Part shown: piece by piece, positions 31,981 through 42,918 of the stretch
Layout of the letters: each line of letters opens with the position of its first letter
Position numbering within the stretch: the first letter of the stretch is position 1
Assembly (NCBI GenBank): GCA_963799775.1
Contig: CAWCYD010000003.1
Location: 64,001-128,000 of the forward strand
Direction: 5' to 3'
From: an uncultured archaeon
GTDB taxonomy: Archaea; Thermoproteota; Nitrososphaeria; Nitrososphaerales; Gagatemarchaeaceae
DNA length: 64,000 nucleotides
Notes under the pieces: model-generated
The model's database searches: none
The model's input: the letters and a program-made list of their open reading frames with translations, nothing else
What the model was told of the DNA's origin: nothing
Made by a program: the position numbers and the translations under genes

Positions 31981-32321
31981 GACCTCGAAGTGTCACCGTA
32001 AATTCATTTGCCGGATTGCGTAGTGTCCCTAAAGAGGTCATTTTTGAGCCTCTCGTGTATGGACTACGTCTTTGATTATGAAGTCTAGTCTGGAGGCGTT
32101 AAGGGAGTGCGACTGTCCAGTGATTCGTCTCGCTTATCGTAAGCTCGTCAAAAACATGGAATGGCAAACCGTTTGCGCGAGAGCGAGAGGGAGGATGTGG
32201 GCTCGCGAGGAGGGGGGAGCGAAAGGCAAAGAAACAGGCAATTCTGGCAGAAACAGGCCTGCTACAGAATATACCCCGTTGGAGGGGTATCCTCTCATCT
32301 CGTGGTTTTGGCCTATGCTAT

Positions 32322-32873
32322 TCAAAAGCGTCTTGCTGACTGCTCAGGCTGTTGATTCAACTTTAATGTGACGAAAGTGCTCGTGATGTTTACGGTGAGC
32401 CGCGTATGCGACACTGACTCGTAGGCTCCAGAGAGGTAACTCTTCAGGAAGGTCGACCACCTGATTCCGAGTTTGTGCTTAAGGATTATCTCGCTTGTCG
32501 CCTCGTCAACGCCGTGTCCCTCAATTGTGAACCAATTCGCCCGCTTGCTCAAGATCTCGCTCAAGAACTTCACAAAGGTAAGTTGCTTTCCGATGGCCTC
32601 GAAGAGCGTCCTCGACATCGTGAAATGCCTCTTCCCCAGTTCTGACGCCAGTTTCTCCAAGGCATCCATATCACATGTCTCAAGGATTAATGCGAATGTT
32701 TCCGTTGTCAGCACTAGGCCATCGAACGTGGGAATCAAGGGATCGAAACCAATTCTCCATGAAAGCCAAGAGGCCACCAGCTGGTTCTCGGTCTGACCGT
32801 ACTTCTTAGCCAACGCGGCCAAATTCTCAATCAATCTCTCGTCCAGCCTGAACGACCGCGTCACCGTAGTCAA
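32322..32873 (-). CDS. Conserved archaeal hypothetical protein with RHH-like N-terminus
   Basis: TVTRSFRLDE...L...A N-terminus and ILKHKLGIRWSTFL motif; TTG start chosen, start uncertain. Confidence 0.6.
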   Translation of the reverse strand: MTTVTRSFRLDERLIENLAALAKKYGQTENQLVASWLSWRIGFDPLIPTFDGLVLTTETFALILETCDMDALEKLASELGKRHFTMSRTLFEAIGKQLTFVKFLSEILSKRANWFTIEGHGVDEATSEIILKHKLGIRWSTFLKSYLSGAYESVSHTRLTVNITSTFVTLKLNQQPEQSARRF

Positions 32874-32984
32874 TTCATTGAAGCCGGATAGATGCGGGTC
32901 TATTTTAGAGTTGGCATGAATTATTACACTGTGTTGCAGTGTAAACCCTAATTTTAATAGGGAATCTCTCCCCATGATTGTGTG

Positions 32985-34185
32985 ATGCTCGTCTCGAATC
33001 GGAAAGCGCTCGTCCTTAGAATTGGTCCGTTGACCATTGCACTCATTTTGATGCTCGTCATGCCATTCGTGGCTAACTCATATGCGGTCCCCCAAGTCGG
33101 AACTACAGCTTGCAACACACAGATTACATCGCAAGAACGCTCAATTCTTGAAAGCCTGGATACCACGCAAGCGGTGAGCTTGGCAGTGCAATCAACGTCG
33201 TTCATAGATGCCGTGGCCGGACAAGGATATCAACTCCAAGTTGTTTCCGGGGACTTTAGTCTCCATTCTCGAACTTGCAGCGTCGATGCCCTCGGAGAAC
33301 TCGCAGTCCTTTTCAGTGTTTCCAGGAATGGTTACCAAGGTTGGGAGTTACAATGTCCCCGAAACTGTTCAGGTCTGGGAGAATCCCGCGATGAGCCGGG
33401 TGCTTGGGATCAACATTACCACGACGGTTTACGCACCATGCTGCCAATGGTCGGGATATGGGGTGCAATATATTTCCGGTGGGAGTGCACAGGCGGTATA
33501 CGACACGGACTCATACTTCTACCAGCCGTCTGTCAGTTCCAATAGTCAGTGTTACGCATCATCTCCGTACACTTGCGATCTAGGTATTTGGGCTGGAATG
33601 TCTCAGAATGCAGGCGGAGGAGGTTTCCTCGTACAGTCAGGTACGGCCGGAACAATCACCTGCACCTCTGGAGGCTCATGTGGATCAGCGACTTATGACG
33701 CTTGGTGGGACTGGATTTACTCGGGCGGTTCGACGTTGGGAACATGCTCAACAAGTTCGTATCCTGTAAGCACGGGCGACTATATGCTAGCGCTCGAAGA
33801 GTGGGGGCCATATTGGGGTGGTAGCTCAAGCCAATACGAAGCCTTCGTGAATGATTACATTGCCAATAATGGAGGAGGCTGGGGTTGCGCGAGCGGTGTG
33901 CTGAGCCAGTCGGGCACGGCCTACTGGTCTCAGACTATTGCTGAAATCCCGACATTGAGCGGCGGAATAGCCGCCCTACCAACTTTCAGTTCAGTGACAG
34001 CCATCTATCCTGCGATATGCGATTCCACCACGAGCTGCCAATCTTACTACACGCCCTACCACAATGGCAACGACTATACCTTCGTGATGGATAATTGCGG
34101 ATCGCCATATAACCTGGCGCTATCCGCTCCTAACAGCATCACTGGTGACTTTACGTGGACTTACCAGAATAGCTGCGGAACCTGA
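32985..34185 (+). CDS. Secreted glutamic peptidase family G1 (eqolisin-like), frameshift near 33330
   Basis: Signal peptide and pro-region, then WSGY, IWAGM, LVQSGT (catalytic Gln), YDAWWDW and IAEIP (catalytic Glu). Confidence 0.7.
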
Positions 34186-34290
34186 GTCACCTTTTTTTCG
34201 CATCTAGGCGGCTTACAAGGGGATGCCCGGCATGATTCGGTTGGGCAAAGAGTTCAAAACGAGGTATGCCTTGCTTGAAGGCATTGAGCC

Positions 34291-35046
34291 ATGAACCAAA
34301 GTCCGCTTGGTCATAAGGTTCCGCTTGTTATAGGACTGATTGTCATAATTCTAGTCGGGGCCTTAACTTTGACCCTACTCCATCCCAACAAAGGGTCCGG
34401 CCCGAGAAGTTCGGAGACTGGCATCACGGCAACCGGAACATCGCAGACGACTTCATCCCCATTCATCCAATCAAACGCATCAACCACCCTTAGGCTGACA
34501 ACCTCCATCAGCTCTTCTAATCTGAGAGTGGGTCAAAATCTGAGCCTTTCTATGTCGGTAACGAACATCCTTCCGACTGCTGCAACGGTTCTTCCGTCGA
34601 CTGACTGGTCGTTCGAAGGTGTTCCTGTCACCCCTTGGGGTGCCTGTCATCTGAACTATCCACTCGAAGTTGAAATTGTCAGGGGAAACTACTCGGTCCA
34701 GCAGTTGCCGAATGCTGTCAACGCGACCTTCGGATATACTTGCTACAGCGCCCTGACCGCGAACACCATCACCTTCCAGGCTGACAGCGACTTGGCAAAC
34801 GTAACTTGGACTGGACCGGGGCCGGGAGTCGTTCAAACATTCGGACCCTATGTCATGTCGTACAACTTCACTACGAGCGGTTTTTGGAACCTCGCAGACA
34901 TCACCGGTTCGGAGATTCCCGTAATCGGGGGCGGCAATGGAGCACCTCCTCCACCCACGCCCTTCACTCCTGGAACCTACACTGTGGCTGTGGAGGACGA
35001 GTGGGGTCAAGTCTCGATCATGCATTTCACGGTGGTCAACGGCTGA
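34291..35046 (+). CDS. Membrane-anchored exported protein
   Basis: N-terminal TM segment, S/T linker, C-terminal FTPGTYTVAVEDEWGQ Ig-like strand. Confidence 0.7.
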   Translation: MNQSPLGHKVPLVIGLIVIILVGALTLTLLHPNKGSGPRSSETGITATGTSQTTSSPFIQSNASTTLRLTTSISSSNLRVGQNLSLSMSVTNILPTAATVLPSTDWSFEGVPVTPWGACHLNYPLEVEIVRGNYSVQQLPNAVNATFGYTCYSALTANTITFQADSDLANVTWTGPGPGVVQTFGPYVMSYNFTTSGFWNLADITGSEIPVIGGGNGAPPPPTPFTPGTYTVAVEDEWGQVSIMHFTVVNG

Positions 35047-35169
35047 AGTTCCAAATCCATTCGCAACCACTTCCACACCGGCGATTCCCGGCCAGGGATT
35101 TGAACTCAATTAGGTCTAGGAACCGGCGACCGCACTCGTCCCACCCCTCCCCGTTAGGCTGCGTGGGAC

Positions 35170-35410
35170 TCTAACGAGGACAAGAACGGCCCGCCACGTT
35201 CTGAAAGTCCCATGGGAACGTGTTGGACATTCGCAGACTGGGAAAGGCACCTTTAGAGGATTGAGCTCTGGGACGACCTATCAGGTGGAAGCCGACAGCT
35301 ATGGTAGCTGCACGTTCAACGACTGGTCTGGCGGAGGAGTTACCGGGAGCACATCAGACCCGTTGACGTGATTGCCCCAGCCACTCTCATAGCAATCTAC
35401 ACGTGTGCAT
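35170..35410 (+). pseudogene. Degraded remnant of a surface-protein domain
   Basis: Translates in part to SGTTYQVEADSYGSCTFNDWSGG...LIAIYTC, resembling SGSTYSIQVQSYGACTFGHWSDG...FMAIYDC in the ORF at 52179. Confidence 0.55.
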
Positions 35411-35545
35411 AGCGACCCCTCGAAGTCAAACGAGACACTATGCCAACTCTGGACTCCGCGCGATGGTTCTGAGCTGCAGCCAATTCAACAGGGGCTTGGC
35501 GCAGGCATTTGGTTGCCTTCGATGGTCATTTCAGTCACGCTTTGG

Positions 35546-35911
35546 CTAAAGCTGCTTTTCCAGCTCGTTCTCTGCCGTTCTCGCTCCCTTGACCATGTTT
35601 CCAAATCTAGTCGAGAATCGATAATTTCCAATGCCTATGATGGCCCATCCCGCCGCGAGAAGTAACAATATCAGCTCCACCGCGATCAGGCTAGGGTCAC
35701 CCACATTCACGGTTATCGTCGACTCGCCCCCGACGAATGGATAGAGAATCTGCACGAGGAATCCTGCAGCCAATAGGACCGCAACTATGATTGTTATGAC
35801 CGAGAGCGACCTGATTCTGCTCTGTCCTGCCTCAATATGCTGAATGAACTCTTCATGCGCTTCAATGAACATGGCCCCGGGCGACCTCCCAGCCTTTTCG
35901 CTCTCAGACAA
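35546..35911 (-). CDS. Two-TM membrane protein
   Basis: 121 aa, two hydrophobic helices. Confidence 0.6.
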   Translation of the reverse strand: MSESEKAGRSPGAMFIEAHEEFIQHIEAGQSRIRSLSVITIIVAVLLAAGFLVQILYPFVGGESTITVNVGDPSLIAVELILLLLAAGWAIIGIGNYRFSTRFGNMVKGARTAENELEKQL

Positions 35912-35936
35912 TCATCTCATTCCCTCATGTTCAAGC

Positions 35937-36239
35937 CTAAAACCCTTCCTGACCTCCGGTCAGTTTCATCCCTCTCTCCCATTCATTCCACAGGACAAGG
36001 TATCGGGTCAAAGACTTCAACCCCGCCTCGGTCAGTCTGAGTATGTCATGGGAACCCAGGGTTTCAGTGGTCACCCAGCCGAGGGCGACCATCGGCTTCA
36101 AGTCTTCGTCAAGTCGCCCGTAGTTGATGTTGCACCGCTGAGCCAGTCGCGATGAATTAAGCGGACCTTCTCGGAGCGCAGCTAGCATTTCCATTGCGAC
36201 GGCCAGACGATTCCTCCTGATCACAGAGCGACCGCCCAA
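35937..36239 (-). CDS. Winged-helix transcriptional regulator (archaeal HTH_45-like)
   Basis: RRNRL...EML...SRLAQRCNINY...L...RLTEAG. Confidence 0.75.
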   Translation of the reverse strand: MGGRSVIRRNRLAVAMEMLAALREGPLNSSRLAQRCNINYGRLDEDLKPMVALGWVTTETLGSHDILRLTEAGLKSLTRYLVLWNEWERGMKLTGGQEGF

Positions 36240-36713
36240 AAAAAGGCGCGGCCATCAATAATAAGCGTGCCCAGTCACGAGACTGACCAGAAGTCCGGAC
36301 CTGAAGTCAGAAACTGTCTATAAGTTGCGTCCAGCCTTTACGCCTATGGTCTCGGCTTCCCCAAGGTCGGTGCACCCAGGATGCAGCCAGGCTAGCGGTG
36401 GCGAACTTGAGGATTGATGTCCCCCTCTTCGATTTCCAGTGAAACACGCCTAGCTGATTTGATTACACAAAGCCTCGCGCTTAGGCTTGCGAACTCCCCA
36501 GACGACGAGGGCTGTTGCATCGCTAGGTTCGCAGAAATGCAACACGGCGACTTCGGGACGACAAACGTCCGTGGCCGAGCAGATGCAAGAGTTCGCAGTT
36601 GCCCGGCGCGCCCCTTCTGTCAGCGCAGAGGAGTTGTAGTGCCGGAGGGCCTTCGTCAATGACCCTTCCGTCAGCCGCGCGTTCCAACCTTTCGGATATC
36701 TAGACTCGTCCCA

Positions 36714-37496
36714 TTGGTGAATCCCGTCGACGAGAGGACGTTCGCCCATAGACACCTCGAAGGCGTCTTTCCAATGGTGGCCGTTCAATTATGGAAGCTG
36801 ATGAGGAGCGGCCCCGCATACCGGTTGGCACTCTCGAAAGGGCTGCACCGGATGCTCAAGTTCGACGGGAAGATTCTGATCTCGAGCGTGATGCCCGACG
36901 CCGACATCGTAAGGCGTGGCGCAGGTTGGTTCATCAACGCAATCAAGGAACTGGAGCCTGATGCCGTGACGACGTGGGATGTCCCCACCTACTCGGACCA
37001 TCCCAAGAGGGCGTCATTGAACTGGTTGCTCGCCGGCCTTGAAGCATCGAGAAGGATGGCCCTCGAACTCGACACGCCCATGATCGGCCTTGTGGCGGGA
37101 GCCGATCCGCACCAGGTCGAGCTGTCTTCGAGATGCCTTCGAGCGATGGGCTTCGAGCACCAGGCGCTTGCGTGTCATGAGCTGCTGCTTGCCAGACAGC
37201 ATGCATACTTGAGATCGTGTGCGTCGGTCGTTGCGAGGCATTGCTCGGACTTGACTCTGCTCTCATGTTCTCATCCGAACTTGTTTGAGAAGTTCGAGAT
37301 GGCTGACCATTTTGTCGGGATGTCCTGGTTCCACGAGGCCATCCGGGGGAGACGACTAGGAAAGAGATCCAGTGAGTCTCTTGGCCACGGACGCGACAGA
37401 ACGGCCCGATTGATAAGGGAGAATCTCATGGAGGCAGTCGACGCGGTGCGCGAGTCGTTCCCAACTGAAGGTCCACGAGGCGGTTGGGCTGGGTAG
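36714..37496 (+). CDS. Hypothetical protein, possible TGT/DUF4417-like TIM-barrel
   Basis: PDAVTTWDVPTYSDHP segment and a beta/alpha alternation; weak resemblance only. Confidence 0.4.
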   Translation: MVNPVDERTFAHRHLEGVFPMVAVQLWKLMRSGPAYRLALSKGLHRMLKFDGKILISSVMPDADIVRRGAGWFINAIKELEPDAVTTWDVPTYSDHPKRASLNWLLAGLEASRRMALELDTPMIGLVAGADPHQVELSSRCLRAMGFEHQALACHELLLARQHAYLRSCASVVARHCSDLTLLSCSHPNLFEKFEMADHFVGMSWFHEAIRGRRLGKRSSESLGHGRDRTARLIRENLMEAVDAVRESFPTEGPRGGWAG

Positions 37497-37569
37497 AGGA
37501 AATTACCTCCCGCATGTAGGGAAATCCGGCACCGGTGGAATTGACGCGCCGAGTTCCGGTCAAGAAATC

Positions 37570-38025
37570 TTGTCGGCCGAACAGCTCACCAACGACGAGT
37601 CGACATGGACCAATGCGGTGCCCGCCTCGGAGGACGACGAACACTTTCTTTGGGATAGGTACGTTCCGTTGTTGTGTGATTCTTACATATTTGAGAAATA
37701 TGGTGGCCGGACTCAGGTCCGCTTGCCTGCTAGCCACGGGCCGTTCGACAGATGTTATGTGGACAACGTGACTCGCGACGGAGACCTACACGAGAACAAG
37801 GCCGCTATGTCCGTTGGCGGCTACCATGCGTCGTATCAATTATCGAATTACTTGGCCTATCTAGACGAGAATGGAGGTTCCCTGGACTACAATTTCTTCA
37901 AGAGCCCGGTTACCGGAATGGGAGGCCCCGACTCCGTGTTCGCTCCGAAGCTTGCAGACGCGGCGACGAAATACGACATGGGCATTAATATCTACGACCA
38001 TGATTGGTGGGAGGAGCTCCAATAG
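37570..38025 (+). CDS. Putative PD-(D/E)xK nuclease toxin C-terminal domain (orphan)
   Basis: RCYVDN...LHENK...YQL...Y pattern typical of Tox-REase-type domains. Confidence 0.5.
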   Translation: MSAEQLTNDESTWTNAVPASEDDEHFLWDRYVPLLCDSYIFEKYGGRTQVRLPASHGPFDRCYVDNVTRDGDLHENKAAMSVGGYHASYQLSNYLAYLDENGGSLDYNFFKSPVTGMGGPDSVFAPKLADAATKYDMGINIYDHDWWEELQ

Positions 38026-38026
38026 C

Positions 38027-38378
38027 ATGTCAGAATTCAAGGGTCCGGAAGCGCTTTCGTGGCTCACCAGCAACAAGAACAAGTGCGCGCTTGCAGGGAA
38101 CCGTTTCCAGACAACCGCTGATGCGATTGAAGCGGTGAAGCGACTTTACGCGGCTGGTGCCACGCAGGTCTCTTGTGGCGCCGCCACTCGAGGAGCCAGA
38201 GAGAATCCGGACGGATGGAGGCCCCTATGCAGATGGGCTTGACGTAATTTTCCCGAAGGAGAAAACAGAACGGGTCTTGGCAGTCGTCAAATCGCTTCAA
38301 CCTGATGCTGGAGGAAAGAAGAAAGACGTGATCAATAGAGAGGAAGGAAACCGAAAGCTTATGCTTTGGTGGGACTGA
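38027..38378 (+). CDS. Small immunity-like protein (frameshift near 38175-38185)
   Basis: MSEFKGPEALSWL...ALAGNRF...LYAAGA joined to EEPERI..GGPYAD...LMLWWD; starts 1 bp after the toxin-like stop. Confidence 0.5.
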
Positions 38379-38447
38379 AGTGCGGTCTGACCTCGAGAAG
38401 CGCTTATATAGTTATTAGTAGCTTTCGATACTAACAAGTGAGTTCGA

Positions 38448-39917
38448 ATGGCCCAATACGACTATGACGTGATAATCGCTGGAGGCGGCATGTCCGGCCT
38501 CCTGACAGCAGCAGCGGTCGGCTTCTACTCGAAGCAAAAGGCGAGGGCCCTCGTGATCGACAGGAACAGCGCCGACGAGCCGGGCAAGAAGACCAACAAC
38601 GGATGGATATGCGGCGACGCTGCGAGCAAGAAGAGCGTAGGGTTCATCGAGAAGAGCATCGGGATCAAGTACGGCTCGCCCGAGCTGGAGCACCCGGTCA
38701 AGGGGATCTACGTCTACTCTCCCGACCACAAGACCAAGTGTCCTCTTCGAGGGAGAGGGCTACATCCTAAACAGGAAGCTGATGCCCCAGCGCCAGGTCC
38801 GGGACGCCAAGAAGTTCGGCGTCGAGTTCAAGTTCGGAATCACAGCCGAGAAGCTAATCGCGGAGGACGGCTACATCAGGGGAGTCGCGGGCCGCGAAGC
38901 AGACGGCAAGCCCTTCAAGGCCTCTGCGAAGATGGTCGTCGACTCGTCAGGCTCGTCGTCGGTGCTGAGAAAGTTCAACCCGATAAACAGCTACATCGAC
39001 AAGGAGATCGACATCGAGGACATGGAGGCCACCGGCCGCTACCTCATGGAGTTCGACCAGGGCGTCCAGGACGAGACCTACTTCACCCCGGAATACTGCC
39101 TCATCCACCTCGACCAGGACATTGCGCCCGCGGGCTACGCCTGGGTCTTCCCGAAGGGGAAGAACAAGGTGAACATCGGCCTCGGCGTCTCAAAGCCGGG
39201 ACTAGACAGGAGGAACAGGAGGCTGAAGAAGAACGACAACCTCTCCACGCTGATCGACCAATACGTGAAGGAGAATCCGTCGATCAGGAATGGGCGCCTC
39301 TCGACCAACCCCGACGACAAGGGCAACGAGAAGGGTAATTGGCATGCCCCGGTGAGGCGGCAGAACGACTGCATGGTCGCCAACGGGTTCGTCGTGGTGG
39401 GCGATGCGGCCTGGATGCCCAGGCCCCTCGACGCCGGCGGGATGGGGCCCCGCGATGTACGCCAGCATGATCCTCGGCAAGGTCGTCTCAAAGGCCCTCG
39501 AGGCCAACGACGTCTCCCAAGAGGGCCTGTGGGAGTACAACGTCGAGTACATGCTCACCCACGGGTACCAGATGGCCTCGTTCGACGGTCCTCAGGCGCT
39601 ACCTCCAGACAATCACGAACGAGCAGATCAACTATGGCATGAAGAACTTCCTCACCCAGGAGGACATCGACGCCATCACGGAGCGAAGGCATCCAAAGTT
39701 CAACGCCGTCAACAGGCTAGGCCTCATCGTAAAGGCAGCGAGCCAGATGGAGCTCGCAAAGGGGCTCCGTTTCACCGCGGACAAGAGCTCTTCCCTCGTC
39801 GATCTGAACCTCGAGTATCCCAAGACCCCGAAGGGCTTCCCCGAGTGGAAGAAGAGGATCGACAAAGAGATCAACGAGACGAAGGAACGCTTCGCGCCAA
39901 AGGAAGCGGCAGCGTAA
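38448..39917 (+). CDS. Geranylgeranyl reductase-family flavoprotein (three apparent frameshifts)
   Basis: DVIIAGGGMSG, CGDA, APAGYAWVFPKG, VNIGLG and VGDAA...PLDAGG across ORFs 38448, 38782, 39404 and 39639. Confidence 0.85.
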
Positions 39918-39953
39918 TAAAAGAGACCCCAGACGGCCGAGGCGAGACCTAAC

Positions 39954-41609
39954 ATGGTCAAGTCCCTTGACGACGAAATCCTCGAGCTCTGGAAGGAACT
40001 CAGCCCCTCCGGGGCATACACGACGGGGTTCGAGGAGTACGCGGGGAAGCTCTTCATCCCCAGCCAGGATAACATCGACAGGGCCCTCGAGAGAGTGAGA
40101 GGACTGAGGAGGAGGGCCGAGAACGAGCTGCAGACGCGCATCCTCGACAGCATGGAGGTGACGCTCTCATTTGACGAGCCTCAACCCGTCCTAGACGACA
40201 TCGTCGGGGCGATCTTCAACCATCTCACCAAGGAAGGCGTGAACGAGAAGCACCTCTCGTCGCTCGTCTCGGACTCGCTGAAGGCCCTGGAAGTGACGCA
40301 GAAGCGGTTCTCCCAGAGGAAATGCCCCGGCCGCCGTCAAGGCCCTGACGCTCTACAGGCTTGACGGGGTGATCGAGGTCATCGACGCCATCTCAGGACA
40401 GGTCAAAGGCAAGCAGCTCAAGAAGGACTGCGAGCGGCTCAAGGAGAAGGCGAAGAAGTTCGTCTCGCTCTTCGAGCTCCCGGGCTTCGGCAAGGTGAAC
40501 CTTCGAAGAGGTCGAGCAGGTCTTCAAGAAGACAAAGTTCGAGCTCGGCAGGGAGCGGTTCTACCGCGTCGCCCTCGAGAACGGGATGGCATACACCGAG
40601 ACGCCCGACGAGCTGGAGCAGAGGGCATTAGAATGGCTCGGCGACGAGCTACCCCTCTATCGCACTGTCACGAGGAGGCTCGCCAAGGAATACCGATGCG
40701 AGGCCACCCCCGAAGTCGTGGAGAAGCACCTCGTGGACAGGGCCCGCCTCAAACCGAATGAACCTGCTACGGATCACGAACGCGATGAGGAAGGTGATCC
40801 AGGCGTTCGTCGACGAGGACGTCGTCAGGATAAACAGCAAGTACAAGACAAAGGTGATTGAGACTCCGGCGTATCTCAGCGGCATGCTGCCGACGGGCGC
40901 CGCCTCGTTCTTCGACACGTTCACCAAGAAGCCCTTCCAGCTCTACTTCCTCACAACGGACCCCAAGAGGGACCCTGCAAAGTCCGTCTCGCAGTTGATG
41001 GACCTCCTCGTCCACGAGGAGTACGGCCACTGCGTGAACCACTCCAACAGCGTCCTCAGGTTCGGAGGTCGCGCCGGGAAGCTCGACCTGATCCCGACCT
41101 TGTTGCAGGCCCCGGTGACGGAGGGCCTCTCCTTCAACAGGGAGCGCGAGTTCCTCGAGGCCTCGCAGAAGCTCGAGACAAAGGAGAAGCTGACGAAGGC
41201 CGAGAAGGCCTATGTCGACCTCTTGAAGAAATACGGAGGCCTGAAGCTCATCAACTCGGAGCTCGAGTTCCAGACACGCAAGTGGAGGCTCATCAGGTTC
41301 CTCCGCGTGATCGGCGACGTCCGCATCAACACGGGTAGGCAGACCCTCTTCGACTTCATCGACTGGGCGCACGCGAAGACCGGGGTCCCTCGGAGCAACA
41401 TCTACTACCAGCTCTTCCCAGCGCACGAGGGCATGTTCCCAGGCTATGCCACCGCGTACGCCGTCGTCGGGGAGGAGATCCACGAGATAGAGGACACCAT
41501 AGCGGACGACAAGGGAAGGGTGAAGTTCTCGACCTATCTCACAGGGATCGGCTTCCCACCCCGCAACATCTACAGGAAGATGCTCCAGGACTACGCGTCT
41601 TCTCTCTGA
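39954..41609 (+). CDS. DUF885-like metallopeptidase (several frameshifts)
   Basis: LVHEEYGH zinc motif, VTEGLS, RFLRVIGDVRINTG and PGYATAY; split over four ORFs. Confidence 0.65.
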
Positions 41610-41730
41610 GCTGGCGGGAAAGAGCGTACAAACGAGGTCAAGAACGGCAACGGGGCCGACAAACGTCCGCACACGGCTCGGAAGATTGAAATATCATATT
41701 CAGGCGCGGCCTCGCTGAAGGCCACGGGGA

Positions 41731-42915
41731 TTGCCAAAGCAGATCACCACCTTCGAGGGGTTCATCCGGCACATAATCAAGCTCGTCCTATGGGTCGTCC
41801 TTCTCACCCCGCTGGTGGTCCTCCCTGTCTTCTTCTTCGCTTACACGCTCGCGGGCAAGAGCTTCCCCGACCTTTTCGTGCTCATGACCAACCCGACCAT
41901 GCTGATGGCCTTCCTCAACTCCCTGATGACGACGGAGCCGACCAAGACGCTCTTCGCGCTGACGACGTTCCCTGGCTTCACGTTTGCAGCCATTTTCTCG
42001 ACCGTCTTCATGGTCTGGGTCGAGAGGAAGTTCATCGCCAAGATCCAGCTAAGGGTCGGTCCCCAATACGCGGGAAGGTTCGAGGGGATACTCCAGAACT
42101 TCGCGGACCTCTTCAAGCTCCTGTTCAAGGAGATGCTCATCCCTGACCAGGTCGACAAGGCCGTCTTCGTCGCCGTCCCGCTCGCCCTGATGTTCATCGC
42201 AGGCTCGCTGCTCGCCCTCGTGCCTCTCGGGCCGACCACGTACATCGCCGACCCTTCGATAGGCGCGATCTTCGTCTTCGCGATAATCAGCTTCACCCCG
42301 CTCGTCGTGATGCTCGCAGGCTGGGCGAGCAACAGCAAGTATCCCCTCCTGGGGTCGTTGCGCGCCCTCCACCAGATGGTGGCGTTCGAGATCCCGATGA
42401 TCCTCTCCGTGGTGGGGGTCGTCGTCCTCTCCGGGTCTCTCGACCTGGTCAAGATCGTCAACGCCCAGAGCAGCGTCTGGTTCATCCTCCTCCAGCCTCT
42501 AGGCGCGATCGTCTTCTTCATCTGCGTCCTCGCCGAGCTGGAGAGGATCCCGTTCGACCTGCCGGAGGCCGACACCGAGCTCGTCGCGGGCTGGCAGACC
42601 GAGTACGGCGGGATGAACTTCGGCGTCTTCCAGCTGGCGACCTACATCAAGTTCTACTCTCTGGCGGGCATCTTCACGACTTTCTTCCTCGGCGGGTGGT
42701 ACGGGCCGGGGTTCCTCCCTGCGCCGGCGTGGTTCATCCTGAAGACGTTCATAGTGATGGTCGCCATGATGCTGCCGAGGGGGGTCTTCCCGAGGGTCCG
42801 ACTGGACGTCCTCCTCAGGGGCGGCTGGACAAAGCTCATGTTCCTCTCTTTCCTGAACCTCTTCCTTGCCCTGCTCATCATCTCGCTCGGGGCCTACACG
42901 ATCGGAGGCGTCTGA
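41731..42915 (+). CDS. nuoH: NADH-quinone oxidoreductase subunit H
   Basis: ERKFIAKIQLRVGP, ADLFKLLFKE, GWASNSKY and RIPFDLPEADTELVAG motifs. Confidence 0.95.
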   Translation: MPKQITTFEGFIRHIIKLVLWVVLLTPLVVLPVFFFAYTLAGKSFPDLFVLMTNPTMLMAFLNSLMTTEPTKTLFALTTFPGFTFAAIFSTVFMVWVERKFIAKIQLRVGPQYAGRFEGILQNFADLFKLLFKEMLIPDQVDKAVFVAVPLALMFIAGSLLALVPLGPTTYIADPSIGAIFVFAIISFTPLVVMLAGWASNSKYPLLGSLRALHQMVAFEIPMILSVVGVVVLSGSLDLVKIVNAQSSVWFILLQPLGAIVFFICVLAELERIPFDLPEADTELVAGWQTEYGGMNFGVFQLATYIKFYSLAGIFTTFFLGGWYGPGFLPAPAWFILKTFIVMVAMMLPRGVFPRVRLDVLLRGGWTKLMFLSFLNLFLALLIISLGAYTIGGV

Positions 42916-42918
42916 GGG

